Source: an uncultured Acidobacteriota bacterium
GTDB taxonomy: Bacteria; Acidobacteriota; Thermoanaerobaculia; Multivoradales; SZUA-115
Direction of reading: 5' to 3'
Assembly (NCBI GenBank): GCA_963805975.1
Contig: CAWDVR010000001.1
Coordinates: 288,001-352,000, forward strand
Length of the DNA: 64,000 nucleotides
The notes beneath the pieces are model-generated. The model had not been told where the DNA came from. It ran no database searches and worked only from the letters and a program-made list of their open reading frames with translations. Shown here in pieces: positions 1 through 9,442 of the stretch (within the stretch, counting starts at the first letter, position 1; each line of letters starts with the position of its first letter). A program made the translations under genes and the position numbers.

Positions 1-187
1 TCCGGTAGGTGTTCTCGGCCACGTCATAGAGCACGAAAGTGCCCGGCGTGCGCTGCTCGTCGAAGAGCGGTTTCAGGTCGGCCCGCTCTTCGATGGCCGC
101 CCCTGCCGCGTCGGGCCAAAGGAGGAGGGCCGCGAGCGCTGTGCCTGCGAGGAGAGAGACGCGAGATCGCCGCCGGGTGGGTGGCAT
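1..187 (-). CDS. Class D beta-lactamase / penicillin-binding transpeptidase-like secreted protein (5' part only, runs off window)
   Basis: Not in ORF track. Manual translation from ATG at 187 (TGATG overlap with upstream stop): MPPTRRRSRVSLLAGTALAALLLWPDAAGAAIEERADLKPLFDEQRTPGTFVLYDVAENTYR. Signal peptide followed by the DLxxxF...GTFVLYD N-terminus typical of OXA-like enzymes; catalytic SxxK lies outside the window. Confidence 0.6.
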   Translation of the reverse strand, partial: MPPTRRRSRVSLLAGTALAALLLWPDAAGAAIEERADLKPLFDEQRTPGTFVLYDVAENTYR

Positions 188-2277
188 CAGAAGAGCACCT
201 CGTAGATCCGGTTGCCGTTGTCGGAGAAACGCAGCGCAAACTCGCCCGGCCGCTCCTCGGCCCAGCGGTTCTCGATGCCGAGCTCGAAGCCAGGGGCCCG
301 GTTGAGGTACACCCAGCGCACGCCGGCGCGGCGGAGGTTCGCCATCCAGGCCGCGGGGTCCGGGTCCACCCGCGGGTTGCAGCTCGGGTAGTCGCCCGCC
401 CGGTGGTGATCCGCGGCGTTGATGTTGATCGCCAGCACGCGCCGCTCGAGCCGCGGCCCCATGGCGGGGTAGACGAAGTAGCTCTTCGGGCTGCTGATCA
501 AGGCCACGGTGCCGTCGCCGCCCGAGCGATCGAGCCAGCTCCAGCCGGGAGCCAGGAGAAAGGCGGTGGTCTGGTGCGCCGTGAGCTCCTCCGCCAGGGC
601 CCGTCCGCGGTCGGCTGTGCGGAAGGCAGCGAGCGCAGGGGCGAGGAGCAGGGCGGCGAGCACCGCCACGGCGGCCACCGCGCCCGCATGCGCCCGCAGG
701 CGGAGCCGCCACCCCGGCGACAGCGCGAAGAGCACCAGGGCGACGTCCGCCACGGCCAGGGTTGCGCGCACGCCGAACGGCATCTGGGCGTGGAGCTGCA
801 GCAGGCTCTGGGCCGCCAGCACCAGGGCCAGTGTGGTGATCCACTTCGGCGAGAGCCGTAGCTCGGCGCCGGAGACACCGGCCGCGAAGAGGAGGGCGAA
901 GGTGGGCACCAGGTAGCGCAGGTTGGCGTAGAGGTGGCCGCTGTCGGCGAAGGGGACGGTGAGCCAGAAGGCGAGGTGGAACAGCACCTGGACCCACACC
1001 AGCACACCGAGCCGCCGGCGCTCGCGCGCCAGGATCCACGGCAGCACCAGCGCCAGGGGCAGCAGCAGAGCGGCTTGCGGGCCGGCACCGAGCTCGAGGG
1101 ACTGCGGCCGGATGGTGCCGAGGAACGCCTCCCATAGCCTTCCCGAGCCCAGGAGCTCCGGCAGGATCGAGAGCACCGAGCCAGGTCTGGGCAGTGCAGG
1201 CAAGGTGCCCACCACCGGATCCACGGCCTCACCGGTGCCGGCGCAGGCCATGGCCAGGGGCCCGACGCCGAGCCAGGCGTTGCGCACGAAGAAGAAGCTG
1301 CCGAGCGCGGCGGCGAGCAGGACCGCGGCGGCGAGCTGGGGGAGCCGCCGGCGCCAGTCGCCTCGCACCACCAGCACCAAAGCCAGCGCCGCCGCGGCGC
1401 AGTACGGAGGCCCGAGGATCTTGGTCCCGGCGGCGACGCCCAGCGCCAGGCCGGCGAGCGCCGCGTTCCCGCCGTCGGCACGGCGCAGCCAGCGCACGCC
1501 GAAGAAGAGCGCCGCCAGCAGGTGGCCGGCGAGCTGGAGGTCTACGTAGTCGGCAGCCACGAAGCGCACGACCGTCGGCGTCAGCAGGGTGAGGAAGGCG
1601 GCGAGCGGCCAATGGCGCAGCGCGCCCAGCTCGCGGGCCAGGGCCCCCGCAGCGAGCCCCAGGAGCACCCAGTGCGGAAACGACGCCAGGTTGACGTAGA
1701 GCTCGCTGTGCGAGGGCGCCATCCACCACCAGAACCACAGCGCGCCGTTGCCCGGGTCGTGCCCGAAGAAGTTGGTCGGCGCGAAGCCGAACACCGGCTG
1801 GAGGTTCTCCTGCTGCAGCCAGGAGCCGGCGAGCAGAAGGTGGGTCATCAAGCCGTCCCAGGCGAGCGGCGGCCGCAGCAGCCCCCGCAGCATCTCGCTG
1901 CCGGCGGCGTGAGCGGTCAAGATGGCGAGCGCCGGGTGCTCCGCGAGGCGGGCCCCGAGGCGCCGGCCGAGGAGGGCCAGCGGCGCACCGAGCGAGCCGC
2001 CGGGCGTGCGGCCTGTGAGGGAGCGGAGCAGGACGACCGTGAGGAGCGCCTGCAACCCCAGCGCGAGCTCCAGGCGCAGGAGGCCGCCGGCGCCCAGCAG
2101 CAGCCCGATCGCCACCGCCTCGGCCGTGGCGCAGGCGAGCGTGGCGACGGCCAGGGCGAGCGGGTCGGCGAGCGCCTCGTCGCGCAGCAGGCGCAGCGCC
2201 AGCAGGTACCCGCCGAGAGCCAGGAAGCCGAGGGCGATGAGGGTGAGCGCCGCTCCGGCGAGATCGATCAACCACAC
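187..2277 (-). CDS. Polytopic membrane protein, GT-C (ArnT/PMT-like) glycosyltransferase
   Basis: 696 aa, many TM helices, WDxxxxHL loop, YVD and GTK motifs, C-terminal soluble domain; lies in a glycosyltransferase cluster. Confidence 0.65.
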   Translation of the reverse strand: MWLIDLAGAALTLIALGFLALGGYLLALRLLRDEALADPLALAVATLACATAEAVAIGLLLGAGGLLRLELALGLQALLTVVLLRSLTGRTPGGSLGAPLALLGRRLGARLAEHPALAILTAHAAGSEMLRGLLRPPLAWDGLMTHLLLAGSWLQQENLQPVFGFAPTNFFGHDPGNGALWFWWWMAPSHSELYVNLASFPHWVLLGLAAGALARELGALRHWPLAAFLTLLTPTVVRFVAADYVDLQLAGHLLAALFFGVRWLRRADGGNAALAGLALGVAAGTKILGPPYCAAAALALVLVVRGDWRRRLPQLAAAVLLAAALGSFFFVRNAWLGVGPLAMACAGTGEAVDPVVGTLPALPRPGSVLSILPELLGSGRLWEAFLGTIRPQSLELGAGPQAALLLPLALVLPWILARERRRLGVLVWVQVLFHLAFWLTVPFADSGHLYANLRYLVPTFALLFAAGVSGAELRLSPKWITTLALVLAAQSLLQLHAQMPFGVRATLAVADVALVLFALSPGWRLRLRAHAGAVAAVAVLAALLLAPALAAFRTADRGRALAEELTAHQTTAFLLAPGWSWLDRSGGDGTVALISSPKSYFVYPAMGPRLERRVLAININAADHHRAGDYPSCNPRVDPDPAAWMANLRRAGVRWVYLNRAPGFELGIENRWAEERPGEFALRFSDNGNRIYEVLF

Positions 2278-2327
2278 GGTGAGGGATTGTTAGCACGTCG
2301 CCTGGGGGCAGACAACTTTCGAGGGAT

Positions 2328-2399
2328 CGGGCGGACGAGCCCTGGTGCTCGACGCCCCCTTCGGGTGACGCGGCGCTCCTCCCAGGGCTCGTCCGCCCG
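2328..2399. repeat. 18-bp perfect inverted repeat with 36-nt spacer in divergent intergenic region
   Basis: cgggcggacgagccctgg (2328-2345) / ccagggctcgtccgcccg (2382-2399). Confidence 0.85.
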
Positions 2400-2443
2400 C
2401 CGGGCCGGCCCCTTTAGAATGGCGCCGAAGGTCTCTCCATTCG

Positions 2444-3070
2444 ATGAGCTCCTATCGCACCAACGTCTGGGCCCTCGTGCGCCCGCTGCTCGAGCCGCTG
2501 CGCCCCTTCGATCGCGGCCTCGACTTCGGCAGCGGCGACGGCTGGTTCACCGCGCGGGCGCGCGAGTCGGGCGTGGCGCGCGAGGTGGTGGCGGTGGACG
2601 TGCAGCGCCGCCGCAGCACGCTGGTCGAGCCCCTGCTCTACGACGGCACGGGGCTGCCCTTCCCCGACCGCTCCTTCGACCTGGTCTTCGCCATCGACGT
2701 GCTGCACCACTGCCCGGACCCGGCTACCACCCTCCGCGAGCTGGTGCGCTGCACGGACCGCTTCCTGCTGCTCAAGGACCACACTTACCGTACCCCGCTC
2801 GGTCGCCTCGCGCTCGCGCTGCTCGACGAGATCGGCAACCGCCGCTTCGGCGTGCCCTCGCTCTACCGCTACCAGCGCGGCTGGGAGTGGCTGCCGGTGA
2901 TCGAGGCGGAAGGGTTCCGGCTGCGCGAGCTCATCCACCCGGCGCGCTGCGAGAGCCGGCCGCCCATCTCCTGGTTCTCGGCCAAGCTACAGTTCGTGGG
3001 GCTGTGGGAGCGGTGCGGCCCAACGGGGCCGGAGTGGGCGAACATCGTAGAAAGGGAGGACCAAGCGTGA
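2444..3070 (+). CDS. Class I SAM-dependent methyltransferase
   Basis: LDFGSGDG motif I, LPFPDRSFDLV, DVLHH; TAGAAT -10-like hexamer upstream (~2416). Confidence 0.9.
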   Translation: MSSYRTNVWALVRPLLEPLRPFDRGLDFGSGDGWFTARARESGVAREVVAVDVQRRRSTLVEPLLYDGTGLPFPDRSFDLVFAIDVLHHCPDPATTLRELVRCTDRFLLLKDHTYRTPLGRLALALLDEIGNRRFGVPSLYRYQRGWEWLPVIEAEGFRLRELIHPARCESRPPISWFSAKLQFVGLWERCGPTGPEWANIVEREDQA

Positions 3071-4043
3071 CCGTGCTCGACACCATTGGCCGAACGAGGC
3101 TCGTTCCACTTCAGCATATGGTCCCGGCGGGGAGTGCCAGAATCCTTCTCAAGCTGGAATACGAGAACCCGACGGGTAGCATGAAGGACCGCGTGGCGCT
3201 CGCCATGGTCGAGGCGGCCGAGGCGGACGGACGGCTGCGGCCGGGTGGCTCGGTGGTGGAGTACACGGGTGGGAGCACGGGTGTGTCGCTCGCCTTCGTG
3301 TGCGCCGTAAAACGCATCCCGCTTCAGATCGTGACCTCGGACGCGTTCAGCAAGGAAAAACGAGACCACATGACGGCGTTGGGTGCTCGCCTCACGCTGG
3401 TCGCCAGCCAAGCCGGCGGGATGACCAAGGCCCTCACACTCGAGATGATCGAGACCGCGAGAAGGCTCGCCGCCGCTCCCGGGAGCTACTGGACGGATCA
3501 GTTGAACAACACGGACCAGCTATCGAGCTACGAGCGGATGGGCGAGGAGATCTGGGAGCAGACCCAGGGCCAAGTCAGCGCCTTCGTCCAGAGTGTCGGC
3601 ACGGCCGGCTCCTTGCGGGGGATCTCTACACGCCTGCGAGCCCATGACGAAGCCGTGCACATCGTCGCGGTAGAGCCCGAGGAATCGGCGGTCCTGTCCG
3701 GCAGGCCGAGCGGGTCTCACAAGATCGAAGGCACCGGCGCCGGGTTCGTCGTGCCGCTATGGGCCGCAACGCTCGCTGACGAGATCCAGACGATCTCGAC
3801 CCAGGAAGCGATGGCAACCGCCCGGCGACTTGCCCGGGATGAAGGCATCTTCGCCGGCACTTCCACGGGAGGAAACGTAGCGGTCGCGCTGCGGGTCGCC
3901 GAGCGCCTGGGGCCTGACCACACCGTGGTCACACTGGCTGTGGACTCGGGGATGAAGTACCTGAGCACGGTGTTGTACGCCCACGCATGAGCGGAGCGCT
4001 CCTGGTTCTCGGCCAAGCTGCAGTCGTCGGGCTGTGGGAGCGG
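2968..4043 (+). repeat. ~45-bp imperfect direct repeat (2968-3013 and 3999-4043) flanking the cysteine synthase-like gene
   Basis: ctcctggttctcggccaagctacagttcgtggggctgtgggagcgg vs ctcctggttctcggccaagctgcagt-cgtcgggctgtgggagcgg (2 mismatches, 1 indel). Confidence 0.9.
3067..3990 (+). CDS. PLP-dependent cysteine synthase family protein
   Basis: GTG start in GTGA overlap with methyltransferase stop, SD GGAGG; NPTGSMKDR (PLP Lys), VGTAGS, HKIEGTG, DSGMKYLS. YTGGSTG replaces canonical TSGNTG, so not necessarily CysK. Confidence 0.9.
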   Translation: MTVLDTIGRTRLVPLQHMVPAGSARILLKLEYENPTGSMKDRVALAMVEAAEADGRLRPGGSVVEYTGGSTGVSLAFVCAVKRIPLQIVTSDAFSKEKRDHMTALGARLTLVASQAGGMTKALTLEMIETARRLAAAPGSYWTDQLNNTDQLSSYERMGEEIWEQTQGQVSAFVQSVGTAGSLRGISTRLRAHDEAVHIVAVEPEESAVLSGRPSGSHKIEGTGAGFVVPLWAATLADEIQTISTQEAMATARRLARDEGIFAGTSTGGNVAVALRVAERLGPDHTVVTLAVDSGMKYLSTVLYAHA

Positions 4044-4514
4044 GCGGAGACCGAAGCCGCCCGACATTCCGCAGTGCGCTCGACCACCGCACTGAAGTTG
4101 CAAGCGTGGCCCCTCGCGGGCTGGGTCGCTGAGCTTGGGTCGTTCATCGGGCTTCGAGAGCGGGTAAGCTTGCTCCGCACCCGTGCCGAGATGCTCGGTG
4201 GCCGCTCGCCGCAGCGTCCTTCGCCCTGCTCGGCCTCTGGATGTACATCACCGACATCTATGCGCGCTCGGCTTTCATTGCACGGGGTGTGCTGATGGAC
4301 ATCGAGCGGCGCTGGCGTATTCCGGATGCGTCATCGCTTTTCAACCTGACCGGGCCAGGTGGGGCGAAGCAAATTCGGGCTGCCCCGCGTTCAGCGTCTG
4401 ATGCTGGCCGTACTCTTCGCCATCTGGGTCGCCATCTTCGTGAGCTCGTAAGGGCATCAGGCGGACGACGGCCCAACGCGAAGCCGCGGCGGAGGCTTGC
4501 CAGGCCCCCGAGCC

Positions 4515-5447
4515 CTACCGCCGCGTCAGAAGTGCCGCCAGCTCGGCGGCGCGGCGGTTGATCGAGGAGAGGAGCACCCCGCAGGTGAAGACCACGGCAG
4601 CGAGGACGAAGAGGCCCGCGGCCAGGATCGCTTTCGGGATCTGCAGCACCTGTCCGCTGCGCAGGTACTCGGCCACCACCACGCCGCCGGTGGCGAGCGA
4701 GAGCAGGAGCAGGAAGAGCGCGATGAGCCCGAAGAAGGTGAGCGGCCGGTAGTCGCGGAAGAAGGCGAGGATGGCGGCCAGGATGCGAGCGCCGTCACGA
4801 AAGCTCCGCAGCTTGCTGGTTCCGGCCGCGGGCCGGGCGCGGTAGGCGACCGGCACTTCGGCGACGAGAAAGCCCTGGGCGAGCGCCTGCATAGAGAGCT
4901 CGGCCTCCACCTCGAAGCCCCGCGCCAGGAGCGGCGAGGTGGAGAGGAAGCGGCGGCTGAGGAGGCGATAGCCTGAGAAGAGGTCCAGCGTGCGCACTCC
5001 CAGGAGCAGCCGCACCAGCAGGATGAACAGGTGGTTGCCGACGCCGTGGCCGGTGGGGAAGGCGCCGTGCTCGGTGGTGGCGAGGCGCGTGCCAACCACC
5101 ATGTCCGCACCGCCCGCCGCCGCGGCGAGCAGCTCCCGGGACGCCTCCGCGGGGTAGGTGTCGTCGCCGTCCACCATCAGGCAGTAGTCCACGTCCCCGG
5201 CGGCGCGGAAGCCGGTGAGGAGCGCGAAACCCTTGCCCCGGCGCGTTTCCGTGAGCACCTGGGCGCCCGCCTCGGCGGCCAGGCGCGCGGTGTCGTCGGC
5301 CGAGGCGTTGTCCACCACCAGGATGTGCGCCTCCGGCAGGGCGGCGCGGAAGTCGCGCACCACCTTGGCGACAGTGCCCGCCTCGTCCCGGCAGGGAATC
5401 ACCACCGCCACCCGCAGCGCGGCGTGCTCTCGGCTCTCCTCGTTCAT
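4515..5447 (-). CDS. GT2 glycosyltransferase (DPM-synthase/GtrB-like) with two C-terminal TM helices
   Basis: VVIPCRDE, VVDNASAD, GKG, DGDDTY, SGYR motifs; ATG at 5447 overlaps upstream stop (ATGA). Confidence 0.9.
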   Translation of the reverse strand: MNEESREHAALRVAVVIPCRDEAGTVAKVVRDFRAALPEAHILVVDNASADDTARLAAEAGAQVLTETRRGKGFALLTGFRAAGDVDYCLMVDGDDTYPAEASRELLAAAAGGADMVVGTRLATTEHGAFPTGHGVGNHLFILLVRLLLGVRTLDLFSGYRLLSRRFLSTSPLLARGFEVEAELSMQALAQGFLVAEVPVAYRARPAAGTSKLRSFRDGARILAAILAFFRDYRPLTFFGLIALFLLLLSLATGGVVVAEYLRSGQVLQIPKAILAAGLFVLAAVVFTCGVLLSSINRRAAELAALLTRR

Positions 5448-6583
5448 CGCTGCTTCTCTTCCAGCAAGGCGGCGAAGATCTCCTCGTAGCCCGCAGCCGT
5501 GGCCTCCCAGGACCAGCGGCTCTCGGCCCATTGGCGGGCCCGCGCCCCCAGCTCGGCGCGCGCACCGGCGTCGGCGACCAGGGTCTGTAGCGTTGCGTCC
5601 AGCTCCGGCAGCGTATCGCAGGCCGCCGGCACCCGGCGGTCGAGCCAGCGCTGGTAGCCGGGGTCCCAGAGCAGCGCCACCGGCAGGCCGCAGGCCATGG
5701 CTTCCTGGAGGGCCAGCGGGAACCCCTCGCCGGCCGAGGGGTTGATCATCAGGTCCATGGCGCCGTAGACCTCGGCCATGCGCTCGTGGGGCACGAGGCC
5801 GAGGTCGAGCACGTCCTCCGGCACCCTGCGCCGGGCACCGCCCGCGCGCGTCCCGCGCCGCGCACCGCAGATGACCAGACGAATTCCTTTGCGCCGCGCC
5901 GCGAGGGCGAAATCCAGGTTCTTCTTGGCGCTCTCGCGGCCGACGAAGAGCACCAGGGTCTCGTCCGCCGGCAGCCCGAGCGCCCGGCGGGCCTCGAGGC
6001 GCTCGGCCGCCGCCAGCGGCCGGAAGCGGAGGGTGTCGACACCGTTGCCCACGAACTGTACGCGGCGGCCCGGGTAGCGCTCCTCGAGCCAGCCCAGCAC
6101 CCGTTCGTTGTAGGTGGTGATCGCACCGGCGGCGGCCACCACGGCGTTGCCCACCGTGGCCCAGGCGGCCCGCTCGACGGCGTTGACGAGCGCGCTCCGG
6201 TAGCGCACGAAGCCCACGTGCTCGGTGAGCACCAGGGGCCGGCCGGACCGGCGGCTGGCGGCGCGAGCGAGCAGGCTGGTGGCGTAGAGAGCGCCGTGGG
6301 CGTGGACCAGCTCCACTGGAGCGAGGGCGCGCCACGCGGCGCCGAGCCCACCCCCGAGTGGCAGCGGCCAGGGAACTCCCCGAGGCTCGCTCGCGTGGAG
6401 CGCCGGCAGGCGGAAGATCTCCAAACCGTCCTCCAGGGCGCGGCCGCGGGCCCTACCCCAGGCCGTGGTGACCAAAGTCACCCGGTGGCCGCGGCGCGCG
6501 AGCTGGGTGGCCACGTTGCGCACCATCACTTCGAGCCCGCCGGGATGCGGCGGGTAGTTGTGGCACAGGATTCCGAGGTGCAT
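5444..6583 (-). CDS. GT4 (GT-B) glycosyltransferase
   Basis: MHLGILCHNYPPHPGGLE N-terminus, NGVD, EGFPLALQEAMACG (EX7E); start trimmed from the long ORF. Confidence 0.9.
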   Translation of the reverse strand: MHLGILCHNYPPHPGGLEVMVRNVATQLARRGHRVTLVTTAWGRARGRALEDGLEIFRLPALHASEPRGVPWPLPLGGGLGAAWRALAPVELVHAHGALYATSLLARAASRRSGRPLVLTEHVGFVRYRSALVNAVERAAWATVGNAVVAAAGAITTYNERVLGWLEERYPGRRVQFVGNGVDTLRFRPLAAAERLEARRALGLPADETLVLFVGRESAKKNLDFALAARRKGIRLVICGARRGTRAGGARRRVPEDVLDLGLVPHERMAEVYGAMDLMINPSAGEGFPLALQEAMACGLPVALLWDPGYQRWLDRRVPAACDTLPELDATLQTLVADAGARAELGARARQWAESRWSWEATAAGYEEIFAALLEEKQR

Positions 6584-6646
6584 GCGACCGGGGAGAAGGA
6601 AGGCCGGCGAGGCTACCACGGCGGGCATAGTAGATTCCCCCGCGCC

Positions 6647-9442
6647 ATGCCCTCGCCCCTCGCCTGCACCGTCGTCGCCAACAACTACCTCGCCTATGCC
6701 CGCGCTTTCACCCGCTCCTTCCTGGCCCGGCACCCGGACGGCCAGGTCGCGGTGCTGATCGCGGACCGCCCGCAGCCGGGGCACGACTACGGCGCCGAGC
6801 CTTTCGCAGTGACCTTCGTCGAGGACCTCGGCATCCCGGGGTTCGCCCATTTCGCGTTCCGCTACTCGCTCCTCGAGCTGGCGACGGCGGTCAAGCCGCT
6901 CTTTCTCCTGCACCTCCACCGCACCCTGGGAGCCGACCGCCTCTGCTACTTCGACCCCGACATCCTGGTGCTCGGCGACCTGTCGCCGCTCTACGACCGT
7001 CTGGGCGAGGCCGACGCGCTCGTCACCCCGCACCTGACGGCGCCGCTCGAGGACGCGGCCGTGCCGGGGGAGCGCGACATCCTGGTCTCCGGGACCTACA
7101 ACCTCGGTTTTCTGGGGATGGCCTTCAACGGGCGGACCCTCGCCTTCCTCGACTGGTGGTGGCGGCGGCTCTACCGCGAGTGCCTGCACGACGTGGAGCG
7201 CGGCCTGTTCGTCGACCAGCGCTGGATGGACCTCGCCCCGGCGTTCCTGCCGCGGCTCGAGATCCTCCAAGACCCCGGCTGCAACGTGGCCTACTGGAAC
7301 CTCGCGCACCGCGAGATCGGCCAAGCGGAAGGAAGATGGACGGTCAACAGTGTGCCGCTGCGCTTCTTCCACTTCAGCGGCTACGACCCGGCACGGCCCG
7401 AGCTGGTCTCGAAGTTCCAGGACCGCTTCACGTTCGCCGAGCGGCAGGACGTCGTTCCGCTCTTCCGGCTCTACGCCGAGAGCGTGGAGCGCGAAGGCCA
7501 GAAGGAGGTGCAGGGCTACCCCTACCAGTACGGGAGGTTCGACAACGGCCTCGCGGTGCCCGAGGTGGCGCGACGGGTCCTGCGCGACACGGACCCGGAG
7601 GGGCACCGATGGCCGGACCCCTTCGCCACCGGGCCGGGCTCGTTCCTCGCCTGGCTGCGGCAGCCGGTGGCGGGAGGGGCCGATCTCGCCCTGCCCCGGA
7701 TCGCCTGGCACCTCTGGGACCAGCGGCCCGATCTCCAGGCTGCTTTCCCGCGTCCCTGGGGTGCGGACGGCCTGCGCTTCGGGCGCTGGCTGGCGGGGAG
7801 CGCCGAGATGGCCTCCTGGCGCGATCCGGTGCTCGCGACGGCGCTGGCCGAGGCCGAGGCGAGGTCGGCGCGCGGCGCGCACTATGAAGCGACGATGGCG
7901 GCCGTGCTGCGCAGGCGCTCCCGGCAGGGCCCCGAGGACGCGGGCAGCCGCCTCTCCGGCGAGGAGCTCGCCTGGCTGACGGCCGACGCGGGGCACGAGC
8001 CGGGGCGCCGGCCTCTGGTGCCGCGGCTGGCGCTCGAGCTCCACCGCCGCCGGAGCGACGTGCGGCGGGCCTTCCCCGACCCGCTGGGCGCGAACCGGCT
8101 GGACTTCGCACTCTGGTTCGCCACCTCCGCCCGGCGCGAGTACCGGCTGGCGGGGGCGTTGGTGCGGCCCGTGCTCGCGACTTTGCCGCTGCGCCGCAGG
8201 CTCTGGGCCCGGGCCTGGTGGCAGCGGCAGCTCTGGCGTGGCGGGCCGGCACACACCTCGGAAAGCGCACCGGCCGATCGCTCGCCCGGCTCCGGGGAGG
8301 AGCCGCGGCCGATCCCATCGGGTGCCACCGATCCCGATGCATGGGGTCCCGAGGGCGTCAACGTGATCGGCTGGCCGGCGGCACCGACCGGCGTGGGCGA
8401 GGCCTGCCGCGGAACGCTGGCCGCGCTCCGCGAGGCGGGCGTCGCGAGCGCCGTGTGGTCGCTCGACGGGCCGCCGGGCGACAGGCTTTCGAAGGTCCCG
8501 GCAGGGGCCGAGGCCCTGCCCTACGGCATCAGCCTCTTTCACGCCAACGCGGACGTGATGGAGGCGATCCAGGCGCAGATGCCGAGCGGCAGCCGGGCCG
8601 GCCGCTACCGGATCGGCTACTGGTTCTGGGAGCTGGCGCACTTCCCGCTGGTCTTCGCGGACGCCTTCCGCCTGGTGGACGAGGTCTGGGCACCCAGCCG
8701 CTTCTGCCTCGAGACCTACCGCTCGATCTCGCCGGTGCCCGTGCGCTGGGTGCCACCCTGTGTCGCGGCGCTGAGCGCCGCGCCGGCGGACCGGGCGGCG
8801 CTCGGGATCGATCCCGGGGCCTTTCTCTTCTTCTTCGCCTTCGACGCGCTGAGCGTGCCGGAGCGCAAGAACCCAGCCGGCCTGCTCGAGGCCTTCGCCC
8901 GTGTGGCCGCGCAGAGCCCGCGGCCCGTCCACCTGCTGCTCAAGGTCCATCACGGCGAGATGGAACCGGCGCACCTGGCCGGCCTCGCGTCGAGGGCGGG
9001 GAGCCTGCCCGTGACGCTCCTCACCCGCACCCTGAGCCGGCCCGAGCTCGACGCCCTGACCGCCGCCTGCGACGCCTACGTGAGCCTGCATCGCTCGGAG
9101 GGGCTGGGCCTGCCGCTGATCGAGGCCATGTACCTGGGCAAGCCGGTCATCGCCTGCGGCTACGGCGGCGTGGGCGACTTCCTCGACGAGACCACCGGCT
9201 TCGTGGTGCGGCACCGCCTCGTGCCGCTCGCCTTGCCCGAGGGTCCTTATCCCGCCGGCGCAGTCTGGGCGGAACCGGATGTGGAGCACGCGGCCGAGCT
9301 GATGACTCTTCTGGCGAACGACCCCTCCGCGGCAGCGGGCAGGGTCGCCGCCGCTCGGGAGCGGGTGCAGGGCCTCTACTCTCCCGCGGCCGCCGGCCGA
9401 CGCTTGCGGGCCGAGCTGGAGCGGGTTCGCGCGCGCGGCTAG
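6647..9442 (+). CDS. Multidomain glycosyltransferase (N-terminal GT-A/GT8-like domain + C-terminal GT4-like domain)
   Basis: CTVVANNYLAYAR, YFDPD, GTYNLGF, DQRW, NVAYWN in N-domain; GYWFWEL, RKNP, HRSEGLGLPLIEAM in C-domain. Confidence 0.85.
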   Translation: MPSPLACTVVANNYLAYARAFTRSFLARHPDGQVAVLIADRPQPGHDYGAEPFAVTFVEDLGIPGFAHFAFRYSLLELATAVKPLFLLHLHRTLGADRLCYFDPDILVLGDLSPLYDRLGEADALVTPHLTAPLEDAAVPGERDILVSGTYNLGFLGMAFNGRTLAFLDWWWRRLYRECLHDVERGLFVDQRWMDLAPAFLPRLEILQDPGCNVAYWNLAHREIGQAEGRWTVNSVPLRFFHFSGYDPARPELVSKFQDRFTFAERQDVVPLFRLYAESVEREGQKEVQGYPYQYGRFDNGLAVPEVARRVLRDTDPEGHRWPDPFATGPGSFLAWLRQPVAGGADLALPRIAWHLWDQRPDLQAAFPRPWGADGLRFGRWLAGSAEMASWRDPVLATALAEAEARSARGAHYEATMAAVLRRRSRQGPEDAGSRLSGEELAWLTADAGHEPGRRPLVPRLALELHRRRSDVRRAFPDPLGANRLDFALWFATSARREYRLAGALVRPVLATLPLRRRLWARAWWQRQLWRGGPAHTSESAPADRSPGSGEEPRPIPSGATDPDAWGPEGVNVIGWPAAPTGVGEACRGTLAALREAGVASAVWSLDGPPGDRLSKVPAGAEALPYGISLFHANADVMEAIQAQMPSGSRAGRYRIGYWFWELAHFPLVFADAFRLVDEVWAPSRFCLETYRSISPVPVRWVPPCVAALSAAPADRAALGIDPGAFLFFFAFDALSVPERKNPAGLLEAFARVAAQSPRPVHLLLKVHHGEMEPAHLAGLASRAGSLPVTLLTRTLSRPELDALTAACDAYVSLHRSEGLGLPLIEAMYLGKPVIACGYGGVGDFLDETTGFVVRHRLVPLALPEGPYPAGAVWAEPDVEHAAELMTLLANDPSAAAGRVAAARERVQGLYSPAAAGRRLRAELERVRARG

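Noticed and set aside
6584-9289. N-terminal ~900 aa of the 1281-aa minus ORF
   Set aside because: Shadow of the plus-strand glycosyltransferase; only 5444-6583 has GT4 motifs.
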